64,000 nt of DNA from the human T2T-CHM13v2.0 reference genome, Homo sapiens. Under the pieces are notes generated by a model. It worked only from the letters and a program-made list of their open reading frames with translations, did no database searches and was not told the origin of the DNA. Shown piece after piece: positions 13,260 through 27,402 of this stretch; position 1 is the first letter of the stretch, and each line of letters begins with the position of its first letter. The stretch lies in assembly GCF_009914755.1 (NCBI RefSeq), contig NC_060929.1; one strand, given 5' to 3'. A program made the translations under genes and the position numbers.

Positions 13260-14960
13260 TTTAAATTGCCAGCATGGTGAAGATGTAATGTGTCACCTAG
13301 GCCCTTGTCTTTATTTCAGTCTGTAGTGGTGGAAGCCACAAAACTTATACACCATATTATCCACTGCAATGAGAATACAGCTAGCCCCAAATCAAATGCT
13401 TTTCTTTCCTCAAAGCCTCAACAATGTTGCCCTCCCCCCCTATAAATTAGCAGTGTTTAGAAGGAGACTTGTGCACATTCTATAGATTATTTTAAGGAAA
13501 AGCTCTGTCATCCATAATACATTTGGGCTTCTTTCTAGTTGAAGATTTATAATTTTTTTATTGATGGGTTATGAATATTGACACAGGAGATATTCATTGT
13601 TTATTGAAGGCTTGTTTACATAAAAGATCTTCACAGGCTACCCCCTAAGTCTAGAGGTCCTAAACCAGTGTCAGGGAGCTGTCTGGGTATTTTTTCCCAC
13701 GTATTGCACTGCCATTCTACCAACAATAGAGGCCCATTAACGTTTGGCCCTTCAAGTTACTGCAGCCCAAGCCTCAGTGGCAGGACGTCTGCCCAATATG
13801 TAAAATAACAGAATGAATGGATTCCTTGGAAACAATGATAACAAGACCTGGCTGAGCTAACTGTGACAGCATGTGGTAATTTTCCAGCCCGCTGGCCCTG
13901 TAAAGGAAACTGGAACACAAAGCATAGACTGCGGGGCGGGCCAGCCTGAATAGCTGCAAACAAGTGCAGAATATCTGATGATGTCATACGCACAGTTTGA
14001 CAGATGGGGCTGGACAATTTTTCCCCCTTTAAACGTGTTCTTAACTATTTGTATTCCACTGGCTTCTCACTTGGGAAGTTCAATCCTGTAATCACCTGCT
14101 TGAAAGACTAAACAAACCTTAACTGTCATGTGCTTGATTCAAGTACCACCAGTTTTATGAAGAAAAATGATATCCATTATTAGTGGCTGAATGCTGAGGG
14201 GAGCAGTGGGGGAGAGGGTGTTGCTGTGGATTAATGCATCATCTCTGCTTTCAGCTGTGGGCCAGGTTTTGAGTCTAGCTCTGACTGAATCCTGCCATAC
14301 ACTTTGAATAGCATAATGAAGTATTGTTATTGCCTCAGTCTAGTCATTACATCAGGGAAACAGACATCTAAAGTTATCAAAACTGATTACTAGCTGAGCT
14401 TTTGTGTCCATAAAATAAATGCATTAAAAAGAAGGCTTTTTTTTTGTTGTTCTTATGGGTGTTCTATCAAGGTTGGATGTTTTAGTGTTTATAGCACTAT
14501 GTGTCACTGTGTGTAAGTTGGTGTTAGGGTATATCTGTAGTCAGTACTCTCCCAAAACATGCCCATATGTGGATCTGCATGCGTGTGTGTTTAAGCTGGT
14601 GCATGGGAGACAGAGAAAATGAAGATTGACAACATTTATAAAAATGAGACACAACTCAATTAAAATTCACCGAAAATAGTAAATGAACCAGAGTACTCAG
14701 TTTAATTGTAATGACACAAGACTGTCTTTTTCTACCCTTCAAATAAGTAGCTGCTTTGGATCTCACATGTCTTCACCATTTTATTCATTTGGTTCTTTTT
14801 ATTTACTTTTCAAGGAATTTATGTAAATATATGTAGGCTACAAAATAGGTCTCAGATACAGCCTGATTCTGTAATCTTTTCATCAAATAGCTAACCAAAG
14901 AGAGATAGCCAAAGGATTCTGTTTATGGAGAAGTGAGATCTGTTCCACAGAAAAGCATGG
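13260..14960. promoter_or_regulatory. Conserved developmental (neural) enhancer, probably VISTA hs267; bounds approximate
   Basis: Contains HEK293 site 2, which I recall is annotated as lying in VISTA hs267. The sequence is repeat-free, with SOX motifs (13420, 13595, 13722, 13831), TGACAG (13864, 13998), E-box CAGATG (14001) and a GC box (13933-13940). Confidence 0.65.
13913..13935 (+). other. HEK293 site 2 (HEK2 / ABE site 1) SpCas9 protospacer plus PAM, unedited
   Basis: Exact GAACACAAAGCATAGACTGC followed by GGG. Recalled amplicon primer sites TGAATGGATTCCTTGGAAACAATGA (13814-13838) and the reverse complement of CCAGCCCCATCTGTCAAACT (13994-14013) give a 200 bp product. Confidence 0.95.
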
Positions 14961-16527
14961 CGCACTGCCTAGCCTATAGACACAAGAATAATAGAAATAG
15001 CATAAAATTAAAAATTAATGATTAGGTTTTACAAAATATCTTTTCAACTAGGAGAGCACCACACCCTAAACTATGGTCTTTAGATTCTCCCAGATTATAG
15101 AAGGTTTACAGAAGCTATCCCAAACTTACCTTCCCCTGTCTTAAGTAACATAGTTGTTGGGTAGGAAAATAAAAAGGTGATACATGTAAGCAAAGGGAAT
15201 TCTCACTTTCACCCTTGAAGAATCACTACGCTCCGCTTACCTCTACCCACAACCTCCACCAACATCTTTTAGATGTGAAAAGAAAAACATATCCCTGATA
15301 TTATCTACCATTTACCAGTTCACCTAGACATAATCAAACTATGCTTTGGTGGTCTTTCATGCATTCATTCAATGATGAGTGCCTGCTATGGGCATGACAC
15401 TGAGCTATATCTTTATTCTTTGCAAAGACTCCAACTGGGATTGTGTTATCTCTTTAAATTCAGTGTAGGAGAATTATTTGCACAATGCACATTTGCGCCA
15501 GTAGCTGCTTCTCAACAGAGCAGTTGTGGTTCACAAGGAGCCAAAATCATCTATTCTTAGATTATGCCTAAATTTGAGGGCCTTGTAGCTACCATAACCT
15601 GTAATGAATGAGAAGCTCATCACAGGGCACGTTGTTTATGAGAGGAGTTTTTTCCTGCTTCCCACATTTTCTGCTAACTAGCACCAAGGGCATCCCTCTA
15701 CACGTTTACACCAGATGGAGGTTCCCAACTGTTACTGAAAGTCAAATTGTTTTATTAGTAGCTGTGGTGCTTTCATCTCGAGAGGAGGTTAAGAAGGTGA
15801 GAGGAATGAAAAAAAAAAAGGTGGGGATAGGTAACAAGAGTTTTCAATGATCACATGTCATAATCTGAAACTATCCACAAGCTGTTCTTTGAGACTTGCT
15901 TCAGATCCCTCTATGTCAGCAGCCTAGGTGGGGCATTGTTAGAAGGCTTTGAGAGGATAGCCAAGGACTTTAGTTGAGGAACAGTGTGATACTAGGTAGG
16001 AAGGAAAGACAAAATCTCAAGTTCCCACTGCTAACAATGAGTTAAAAGTGTGTTAGCACATTACCTTTTTCAAGTCCTCATCTGACCAAAAAACCAAACT
16101 ACCGAGGTTAATAAAAATAATAGCAGCTAGAATAAGAATAATTATAATATTTTATAATGACTACAACCTAACAGAACTTTTGAAAGAAATTGATAGATGA
16201 TGTTTCCACACATATTTGTACAACTTGTAAAAATATCAGTAAGGATAATATCATATTAAGCCAAACCAAGGATCATCCACAGTTGAATATCCTAGAGGTG
16301 TTTTATGAAAGGACATATTGTCATTCAAGTTCACACCTCCAGAAGTTATTTATTCATGCAGATATGTCAAATTCCTTAAAAATCAATTACAGGTATACCA
16401 GAATTTAATCTAGAGGTTTCATGAATCTACTGAGAATTTAAGACTATCATCACTTCTTGGAGTAACAAGATTTGTAGCTATACTAGCCACTTCGCAAAAC
16501 CATGCTTTGTATCTATCTGAAAATTAT

Positions 16528-16720
16528 AATTCAGTTCAACTAAATAAAAATTTACTAAGAATTTACCTAGTGAATAGTACAATGCAAAAACCAGTAGAAA
16601 TACAAAGGTGGACAAGGAGCCCACAAAAGTGTCTGCAATTGTCCTGGAGGAGCGGATATGTTGTGGAGAAGTATATGTTATATATAAAATCTTTTAAAAA
16701 GTCCCTTAGAGGGAGTGCTG
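16528..16720 (-). mobile_element. LINE-2 fragment
   Basis: TTCAACTAAATAAAAATTTACTAAGAATTTACC...GAAATACAAAGGTGGACAAG resembles an L2 3' end, antisense. Confidence 0.5.
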
Positions 16721-17239
16721 AGGCTTAGGGAATCTGTCCATATTATCCCAAAAAATGTTACATTACAACTTTTGAACTTGGATCAAGATGTCACCCATTT
16801 GTAGAGCCTTCATCGTTCTAGACTGAAGTTGTCTTTTAGTTGATCTGCCTTCAGAAAGCACCTTTCAAGTCTTTCATCATTTCAGTGGCTTTTCTCTGAA
16901 CACTCTCTAGTTTCATGACTTATTTCTCACTTTCCAGAAAGCATGTTTAAGTGTAAATGGGCTTTTGAACTTGGTTTGTAAAAATAAGATGGAACACTCA
17001 GCCAGGTACAAGTCCAAAGTAATGGAGACCAAAACTTTGTATTTAAAAAAAACCACATAATTAAAACCAATTTTTAATGTCCATTGCTCCTATAGAACAC
17101 TTCAAGAAAAGGTACAATTAGAGACAGAGATTTGAAGATAGGAGCAAGGAGCTTCATGCATTTTTATCAATTGCTTAGCAAAAGCATTGGTGAGGGATAT
17201 AATCCGTCATAATATCGAATTCTGCCATTACTGTTTAAC

Positions 17240-17870
17240 ATAGTAAAGGTACATCATGGCATTAAGTATTAAGAGACCTGGTTTGGGGTACAGCAGATGT
17301 GTTTTGTCTTTTTCTAAATGTGATGTTGAGAAAATCACCGGTCCTTTCTGCACCCTGTCTCTTTATTGTTAGAATAGAAAAAATATCTATGCCACAGAGC
17401 TCTTGATTAAGGAACTAGAATCTAAAAAGCTTAAAAGCTTAATTAATCTATAGCCTACTATTATTAACAAAAATAAAAATAATAAAATAAAGGCTCTCCT
17501 TTCCTCAATTGTGAAATAAAAATTTTTGTGTTTTGCATGAGCTTTACAGTTTATTTTAGCTCTGAAATCCTATGTCTTTGTAAAGCAGAAATCTATAAAC
17601 AAGATGGCAAACACCATCTTTCACTTATTTATTTAAAAAAGGAGGCATAACTTGAAAGACAAAAAAGAAGCAGCAGGCAGAACTGTGGAGAGGGGCCTTT
17701 CACAGTCCCAGTCTCACACTTCACTCTAGCTCTATTCCTTGCTCATTTAATGACCCCAAGCAAGTCAGGGAACCTTTTTGAAACCATTCATGGAAAGGGA
17801 TTATTAATGCCTACTTCAATAGGAAAGCCCTTTGTGAACTTCAAAGTGCTACAACATCGTCAGTTATTAT
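17240..17870 (+). mobile_element. Two MIR fragments (about 17240-17460 and 17680-17870)
   Basis: GAGACCTGGTTTG...TGTGATGTTGAGAAAATCAC and TGACCCCAAGCAAGTCA...GTGCTACAAC...TTATTAT. Confidence 0.55.
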
Positions 17871-20800
17871 CATCTGAGAATACTTGGGAACCTTTATTTG
17901 TACTGTCCATATCACACCCGTAAGCCTTCAGCTTCTACAGAGGTGTTTCAGCATTTCTGTTGCCAGATCTATTAAAGCTGAAAGTCAGTAAGGATCAACT
18001 TTTAAAATATCTTTATTTAAAAGACTTATTTAAATTTTTTAAACGTCATCCAAAAATCTCTTGAAATGTCTTCTTTGAAGAGTTTATTTACAATTTTTAT
18101 TTACTCATTTTATTAAATGTTATGTCTTTGGTAAAATCTGCTTTCTGACTGGACTCATCAAGTTCATTGTATAGTCAAGTCTATTTCTGAAATTAGAATA
18201 TGTAGAGAGAGAATCTATTTCAATTTAAGATGTTGTGCTAAAATATTCTTGAAATCAATTCACCGATATTCATTAAATCCCTCCTAAAAGAATACCATTG
18301 AGATAGAGGCTGTAATAAATTAAAAATAAATTAAGATGAAGTCACCAACCTCAAGACATTGACAAAACTGGTAGGGTAAAAAAAAGGTACACAAATGATT
18401 TTTATGGAGGATAAGATAAATGATTTATGAGAAATAAAAATGAAATATTATGAGAGAATCAAAAAAGGAAAAAAATATACCTTACTTGGAGAATAGTTCC
18501 ATTTGCAATTAGAAAAGTTCTCTTCAGGACAGGTCTGCCAATAACTTGCAAATTAAAGACTTGAAAAGATTATAATTATAATGCAGGATGGCCCATTTAA
18601 AGAAGTCCCACTTAATATGCTTTCAACAGGAATAAGATAAAGAATACATAGTTCAAGCACATACAAATAAATCCCTTTTGAAGGGCACAAAGGACTTTAT
18701 TATGTGTGTGCTTTTTTTCTAAAAATGGGTCACTTAAATAGAATCACAATACCTTTTTAAAAAAAGACAAATTCAAAGAGATGATATAAACTTCCTGGGT
18801 AAAAATGATCTATTTTTATTTGTGTTAGTGAAAACTATATATTGTCCCATGTAGTGCCCTGTGGCATATTTATGGGTGCGTTAACTCAGTCATCAGGGTT
18901 ATGCAGACCTCAGGGAGGGAGTCGGCTCCCAAAGAGGCCTCTTTCCAGGATATCTTTCTATGGAGACTAGTGCCCTCTTTAAAGGATAGGGTCCCTCATC
19001 CCGTCCCTCTGCCCTCCCCCAGTCTGGGTCTGGGTACCATTAGTGCACTGGAGCAGTAATTTCACTAAATTGTACCTTACTGGCCCCCTATTACGAAAGG
19101 AAGTGTGAATGCTGCCAAAGCCCTTTCCTAACTGGCAATGGAATCACAGGTCAGAAAACATCTTTAGCAAGCATAAATTATTAGGCTGACTATAAAAGAG
19201 AGCTGACAGATGAAACAGGCATTTTCATGAGTGAACAATACAGCTTCAATTCAAAGACTGCTGATTGGGTGTTCAGCCTTCCAGCATAAACAGCTATTCA
19301 AATTTTAAACTGTAACCAAGTGAATAAAGAGAAGGAATGCCACGGCCACCTCGGGTTCTTCAGAACAATTCAACAAGAGATGTGATATAAATAAAATGTC
19401 AACCTATAGGTTGAGTATTTCTTCATCTTCCCGAGGGTGCTTCACAGCTCATGAAACAGAAGGGCAGTGTTTCAGACTATAGGCAGCTCCAGAAACCTGA
19501 AGGGCCAAGTTCCCCCACTGGTTGTCCCAGAGCCTCGCTAGGAGATGGTCACTGAGCACATCAGCCTCCCTCTCCTCCCACCCTGTCTGTTAGAGTCGTT
19601 CCCAGCCTCCTCTTTTGTAAGATGTTATCTGTATTCATGGGGCGAGGCTATTGGGGATGAAGTCACAAACATGTAATTATAAACCTTGTAACAATGGAAA
19701 GCATTCTACTCATAAGAGAAGTAGACACTGTCAGTTTCTCGCTGAGATGCCACAAAGGAAGAGTGCCTCCCTGAGATAAAACTATATGTAATTAACAAAA
19801 ATGAAAAGCATTTATCTCTATGTTTTGCCAAAAGACACAAATCCCAGATGTTTAAATCCTGCTAACATTTCTTGGGAGAATATGATAAGAACCTAAGACC
19901 ATCTGCAATCTTTGGTTGTATGTAAATCTCTGATTAAAATACAGGCATGTAGCTGAGTGTATCTAGTGACAGGAGACACATGAGTGCTGAGTGCTTGCTT
20001 AAAGAGAATGCTTCACTATTTTACCCACTGAGTACATTATCTAACAACGCCAATATATTGGACATTTCCATGTTGGGCTTAAATTGTATCCTCTTGAGTT
20101 TTAGAAGGTCACAAGAAGCTATTTTAGGCATAAATAACAAAGGAAGTGATCTGTAATTTCTTCCCTGAGCGACCTCAGTCCTGTGCCTTCTGAAAGACCT
20201 ACATGCTGGGCACTCTGTCCCCAACCCTTGCCCCTATAGGGTCAGTTTGTGTCTCTTTTCCTACACAAAGAGGCACCTGTTATCACAGAACACTTGCTTG
20301 TAGGTAGTTGCTTCTGAGTTAATTTTTCAGTACTTTCCACTGTAAGCTGAGAAGTCTTCCAATACTGATGATATCTATCCCTAAAGCTCCCAGGTCAGTG
20401 GAGACCTCTGATTGTTTTTAATGAATTGAGTGCACAAACAGCTGTGTTTACATTCAAGATCTAGTCAAAGGAAGTTAAATTAAAATTTACTTTTTTAATC
20501 TCGATATGTTTGCATCAGATAATAATTGTGAAAAATGTGCTAGAGGCCCAAAAGTCACTGTTAAAAATATGTTTTGAGATGACATTTCTTTACATTGATT
20601 TGAATTACAAAAACAAATGGGCCTGTCTGCTGTGAAGTACTGCTTTCTAACTTCCATGCTTCCTGGAGTATAGAACTGGTAACATTATTTTTAGATACTA
20701 AGGAGAAAGCCCATAATTTACTAATAAACAAGGAGTTCTGCTGCTGAGAACTACCCTAAAATGTGCCATTAAAAAGGAGGGACTTTAGGAAGGAGAAAAT

Positions 20801-21596
20801 TGCACATGTGTGCAATTAGATATGACTTTGATAACCCATGACCTCAGGTTGAGCTGTCATTCATTTAGCATCCTGCCCATAACTACAGTTTAAATAAGGG
20901 TCTATGTGACCTGTATGATTTAAGAAAGAGTAGGTCCATACACAGGCAAGCACTATTGTAAAGAAACCACATTATGTTTGAGAGTCTTTTGTTATTTAAA
21001 GTACCTCTGCCAAAGTGGAACTTCAGGCATTGCTATGTGATAATGCTGTCTGAAAAAGACATCTCACGCAACCTGCAACTAACTGGAATATGTTAAGTTT
21101 GATGCTTATCCTCAATCCAGTTGTGGGTTGTTGACATGTGATTATATTGATGAGCAATTCACAGTTTCTCACAGCAGCATTTCAGGATTCATGTTGACTT
21201 AATTTTCTATACTCTACTCCAGTTGATTTTGTTTTTTAACACAATGCATATGAAAATAAACTTTCTTCTCTTACCCTAGTAGGAGTGTGCTTTATTAAAT
21301 TTTTCTCTGCCCTAATATATCTGAGTGAAGCAAGTACATACTAATCCTGATCCAGAAAATTTTCAGAGAAAATCTATACGTTATCATCCATTGATTGCCT
21401 TAACACTGATCTTTTTAGGCAAAGCAATTATGGTGAATTTTGTAACTAAATGTAATCTTAATAGTAAAATCCTCAATAAAATAAAAGTAACCTTCATACC
21501 TGTTATGTTTACTCTGTAAATCCTAAAACATTTGCATCTACTCTAGATAAATGCTGTCCATGAGATTTTGAACATCCATTGTACCATGGGTACTTC

Positions 21597-21787
21597 TTTT
21601 TCTTTTTCTTTTTCTTTTTTTTTTTTTTAAGAGATGAGGGCTTACTATGTTGCCCAGGTTGGAGTGCAGTGTCTTTTCACAGGTGCAATCGTGACACACT
21701 ATAACCTTGAACTCCTGGGCTCAAGCAATCCTCCTGCCCCAGCTTCCTGAGTAGCAGGGGCTACAGGTGCATGCCACCATGCTCAGC
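21597..21787 (-). mobile_element. FAM (fossil Alu monomer)
   Basis: Single monomer that keeps the 7SL-derived GATTGCACCTGTGAAAAGACACTGCACTCCA segment (sense), which is diagnostic of FAM. T-rich tail; TACTTC flanks both ends. Confidence 0.85.
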
Positions 21788-21859
21788 ATACTTCCTTATA
21801 ATAGTCATCATCTTGCTATTACATGTATTCAGTGTCAGTCTTTCCTCTTCATTAATGGG

Positions 21860-22060
21860 CCTTAACTCTGGGTGAACATTAAAAAATTCTAAGAACTTTT
21901 CAAAAGCACTCATGCCCAAGCCAATAAAACTGAATCTTCATGTGTCTGTGCATTGGGGGTGGGGATATGGGAGACTCGGTGTGGTTATTAATTTTTTTAA
22001 CTTCCAAGATGATTCTAATGCTAAGCTAGAGAAAATTTTAAGCTAGAGACAAAACTCACT
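21860..22060. mobile_element. MER5-like DNA transposon relic
   Basis: CTCATGCCCAAGCC...ACTGAATC...TTTTTTAACTTCCAAGATGATTCTAATG. Confidence 0.55.
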
Positions 22061-22889
22061 GTCCCAGGTTGTTAGGTCTATGAAAGACGGGATGATTAGT
22101 GTATATTGTTGTCTGGAAAATAATAGTACTCAAGAGTCACGTCACTATTGTCATGTGCAACACACGATTTTGTCAACAAAGCTCACACAGGAATTTCAGA
22201 AACCTCCCATATATCAAAGTAACCTTGGACATTGGCCTCTGAGCATTATTTCCAATGAAATAGAAGATGATGTAACTGTGACATTAATTCAGGTCTTTCT
22301 AAGTTTAAGTTTTGACCCTGTGGAGGTCAGCAGCTGCTGAATACTACCTTAAACACTCTTACTACAATCTCCCTACCCCTGGAGTACACAGGAAGGGTAA
22401 ACTGATGTTCCCCTTCCCATACCTTGCCTACCTTTTCTGGTCCATGAGCATGGAATCATGCATGAATAAAACTTGTTGCATTAGCAAGAAGAATGTTAAC
22501 CTTTTCATTCCCTCATATTAAAAGGTGGTGAGACATAAAATTGCTATTTCCAGCTAGAATATAAAGACATACGGATATCTACAGTGAGTGATATTCTTGG
22601 TGCATCTAGGTTATAGGTCTAGCTCTGATAGAAACACTAAGGGAGATGTTGATGAAGAGCAGTATCTGCCCACCTTAATACCAAAATCAGGAATCCATAT
22701 CTGAATTTAACTTATCTTTTTAAATCAATTTACGTATTAGTTATTACCACCTATTGGATTATTGACCTCTCTAAATGTGTCTTCCTCTTCCAGGCTTCAA
22801 TGGGAGTTCTCTTCAATCAGCACTGTGGGATTCAGAAAATAGCCTTGTACTTTCTCAATAGAGACCACTGGTGACATTAGTGACTTCAA

Positions 22890-23240
22890 GCACGTATCTG
22901 CTCTGCCTCCTTCTTTCTAGATGAAAGAGTCCAGGCTTTCCAATCTGTCTTCAGAGGATAGTACCTCCAGCCTCTTGAGCATCTCAGTTCTGTTCTCTAG
23001 ACAACTACATTGAATTGGAGGTATAGAATTCAGAGGCAATTTAAGTGGTTTCTCCCAGCTTTATGCTTTTTCCACCATACTTTTTTTCCTTAGTAAAACT
23101 TTAGTTCCAATTATGGAATAATTTGAGTGGATCTTTTTTATTTCTCCCCAAACCCTTGATTTCTCCTTGAATCTCATTTGTGTCTGTCAGTTGGCTGACA
23201 TTTCCCAAGCATCCAAGTCTGTGCTTTGTAAATTTTGCCA
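22890..23240 (-). mobile_element. CR1/L3 LINE fragments
   Basis: CTTCTTTCTAGATGAAAGAGTCCAGGCTTTCCAATCTGTCTTC...CCTCTTGAGCATCTCAGTT resembles antisense CR1 ORF2. A similar patch lies at 16800-16915. Confidence 0.5.
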
Positions 23241-23594
23241 GTTTCTCGGAATCATTTTACTTTTCAGGGCTTTCCCTTTATTTTATCCTTTTACAGTTCC
23301 TGTCTCTCCTCTCTTGGTAAATATGTCTTCCAAACCCTCCTTTCCCTCCTACTATTTCCTGGAGGAATTAATGAATATCTATATACTCCCTTTGTTAGTC
23401 TTCCAGCCTCATGCCTACTCCTCACCCCTGCCACAGCTACATATTTCCTGAAGTAAATTGGATTACTCACTGCATCCAATTGTCATTGACAGACATTCAA
23501 GTTCATATCCCCTCAAGCCTGTTTTAATTTATTAGCTTGAATTTTAACTTTTAGGATTCTATTTGACAAAGAACATATTTAAGTCCTTATTGAT

Positions 23595-23815
23595 GATAAT
23601 AATCCTAATAATAACTCCCACTTAAAGCATGTTTCATTCATGAAGTACATGCATTTTCTAAATAAAAGAAAAAGCATTAATCCTCTTAACCCTCCAGTGA
23701 GCCAAAGAAAAAGTGTAATTATTCCCATTTTGCATATGAAATCACTGAGGTAAAACAACGCATATTTCCCCAGTGGCAAAATAGAGCAGGAAGGAAATGA
23801 ATGCCTGACTCCCAG
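23595..23815 (-). mobile_element. MIR
   Basis: ATTAATCCTCTTAACCCTCCAGTGAG...ATTATTCCCATTTTGCATATGAAATCACTGAGG. Confidence 0.75.
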
Positions 23816-24135
23816 TTATCTGCTAGGCTATGAAGAAAAAATTTCTTAAACTCAAGAAAATTCAGATAACCCTTTGTGCCAATGACTTACCATTGCCTCT
23901 CTGAAATGATTATAGTGAATATTTATTCAAGAAATTCTGAGACAGCTCATGTATGTCATGCTACCCTGAGGAGGAAATGTCAAATGACTGGGAATAAAAG
24001 AAATGCCATGAAGAACGTGGCCCACAGAGGCGATTAATATGGAGTTTATCCATTGAGATATAAAATTTAAATGGAAATCTTTGACTTAATGCAAGATGAA
24101 GATGAAGAATCCCTGGAGAGACTTCTAAGACCTGA

Positions 24136-24637
<502 letters not shown>

Positions 24638-26425
24638 TAAGATCTGTGACATCACAGGTACAATAAGTGTAGAATTGATGGAGTGAGGAATAACAAGGAA
24701 AAAAACACAAATTGAAAGTTTAGCCTTAAACAATTTTGACATAGTCTATGGCTATTACAACATTTAATATATACGCAAAAAGCCTATGGGAAAAATCTCT
24801 TGATTCAGGTCAAATTGATGATTGATTTCTATCTCTTGCTTACTGGATCAATTTAATGGCAGTAAGTATGTTTTTTGTTTGTTTGTTTGTTTGTCTGTCT
24901 GTTTTTGCATGAACCAGTTCATTCTCCGCCTGTTAAGGCAACTGGTTCAATTCAACTAGAATTTCCTCACATCCAGACACCTGGTCAGAGCATCTGATTT
25001 GCTTATGGTTCCTGCTAATTAATAGGCCATCCACAGCAGTAGTTTGTCTCTGTTGTAATTCTTATTTCTCATATTTATTGTTATTATTATTCACTCTTAT
25101 GTATCAGTGGAATACTTGAAATCTTATTTTTTTCTCACTTCCAGGAGAAATTTACCCCACCTTTAACTTTCTGTCTACTACTATACTTAAAACCATAACC
25201 ATGGTCAATCCTTGCCAAGGATTAAAGGGAATGTTGAGGGGGCCTTTCTCCCATGTTGCCCACATTTCTTGCATAAATCAAGATGCTATTCTCCTGAGTT
25301 CCTGTCTGTCTGCTTAGTCTGCTTATGAGGATCCATTGATAAAAACTCAGATAGTCAGGAAAACATAATATTGCTGGACCTTTCTAAAAAACTATGATCC
25401 TCTTTAATAAATTCAAGACAGCTAGAGGAGGAGACAAAATTTTTAGGTCAAAAGAGAAACATCTGGGTTTGGAGATTTGGGAGTGCAATATAGCCATAAG
25501 AGATTCTTTTGAATCTCTAAAGCTTCAAGTGCACAATAAGAGTATTAAATAGATCAAATTGATTCCATTTCCTGACTCCTTATCCTGTTTTGAGAACCCT
25601 TAAAAAAATCCTTTGGTCCTAATAACTATTCTGAGTGCCATAATACCCTTAAGGGATATTAATAAGAGTCCTCTTTAGGACTGGATAGGTTGGGATGGTG
25701 GAAGGAAAAAGAGCCAGGCTCATTGTGCATATTCATATTATGCAAACATGTGTACATCTCTGTTGCAAAGAAAGGATGAAAAGAAGAGGAAATTGGAGAA
25801 TTATTTTTTTGTGTGTATGACAGGGTACCATTTCATTATTTTTATATTGAGATATCATCTGACCTCCATCCCAAATGTAGGCACTCATAGCTTTTTGCTA
25901 TGAGCATAGAAAACCATTAGTGCTGACAGGCTGATCATATTCTCAAAAGGTCAAGATCTGCTGTAATAGTGCTTTTTCTTCATCATTTGTCACTTTTGTG
26001 GGGTCTTTTTAACTTCGGTGTCAACATATGTGTTATTCACATCTACGTTGACATCCTGACTTCAAAAGCATGTTTTATCCCTTTGCTTCAAATGCATGTA
26101 ATAAAATAACCTATTTTTAATAATTAAAAACAATTTTATGAGAAGAAATACCTCTAATGTTGAGAATGCATCAATATACTTTTTTTCTTTGATGTTTATT
26201 TGGAATTTCTCTCCAAATTTGGTGAAGTAAAAATGGGCAGATATCACTACTCTTTGATGAGGCAAAAATGGGAAGGTATCATTAATTTCTCTTAAGAGGT
26301 GGAGCCACACAGAGGACTGACTCAAAGAGTCATCTGAGAATGAAAGTCAACTGTTCTCATTCTCAGTTAATGCTATCTTAATTAGAATCAATGCCTGAGG
26401 AGTGTAATGTTGAAGCATAAGTTAG

Positions 26426-26961
<536 letters not shown>

Positions 26962-27402
26962 CCTTTTTTGTCTCAACTTTTCCATCTAGGTCATTGCAAA
27001 TATTCACAGTACAATTAAAACCTACCTTCTGGTCAATAATGGAGTGGAAATGTATTTGCGTAAAGTTTGAAGAGCTTCTTGAGAAAGAACTTGGATTTCT
27101 CCTGAGTCACTGATAGGAGCTTCCCAGGGAGATGTGGCTTTATTCCCTCATGGCACATAGTAGGAGGATGTTGCAAAGAAGCTAATGCCACCTGACAGCA
27201 ATGATCTCACAGGCTACTGAGAAGCACAGTTTGGAGCCTGAGCTTTATCAGACAGCAGCTGTGACAGTGGCATATTTTAAAAGTGTATTGCAAATTTCAC
27301 CTAAGTGGTCTTTAAAATAATTTGAAAGCCTCCTTGGCTTTCACAGACTTTTTTTTTTTTTGTATGAAATATTTTTCAGTGAACCTTTTTTTTTGTCTTC
27401 AT

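Noticed and set aside
13757-14017. 86 aa minus-strand ORF across the enhancer core
   Set aside because: No recognisable domain or gene structure; length is compatible with chance.
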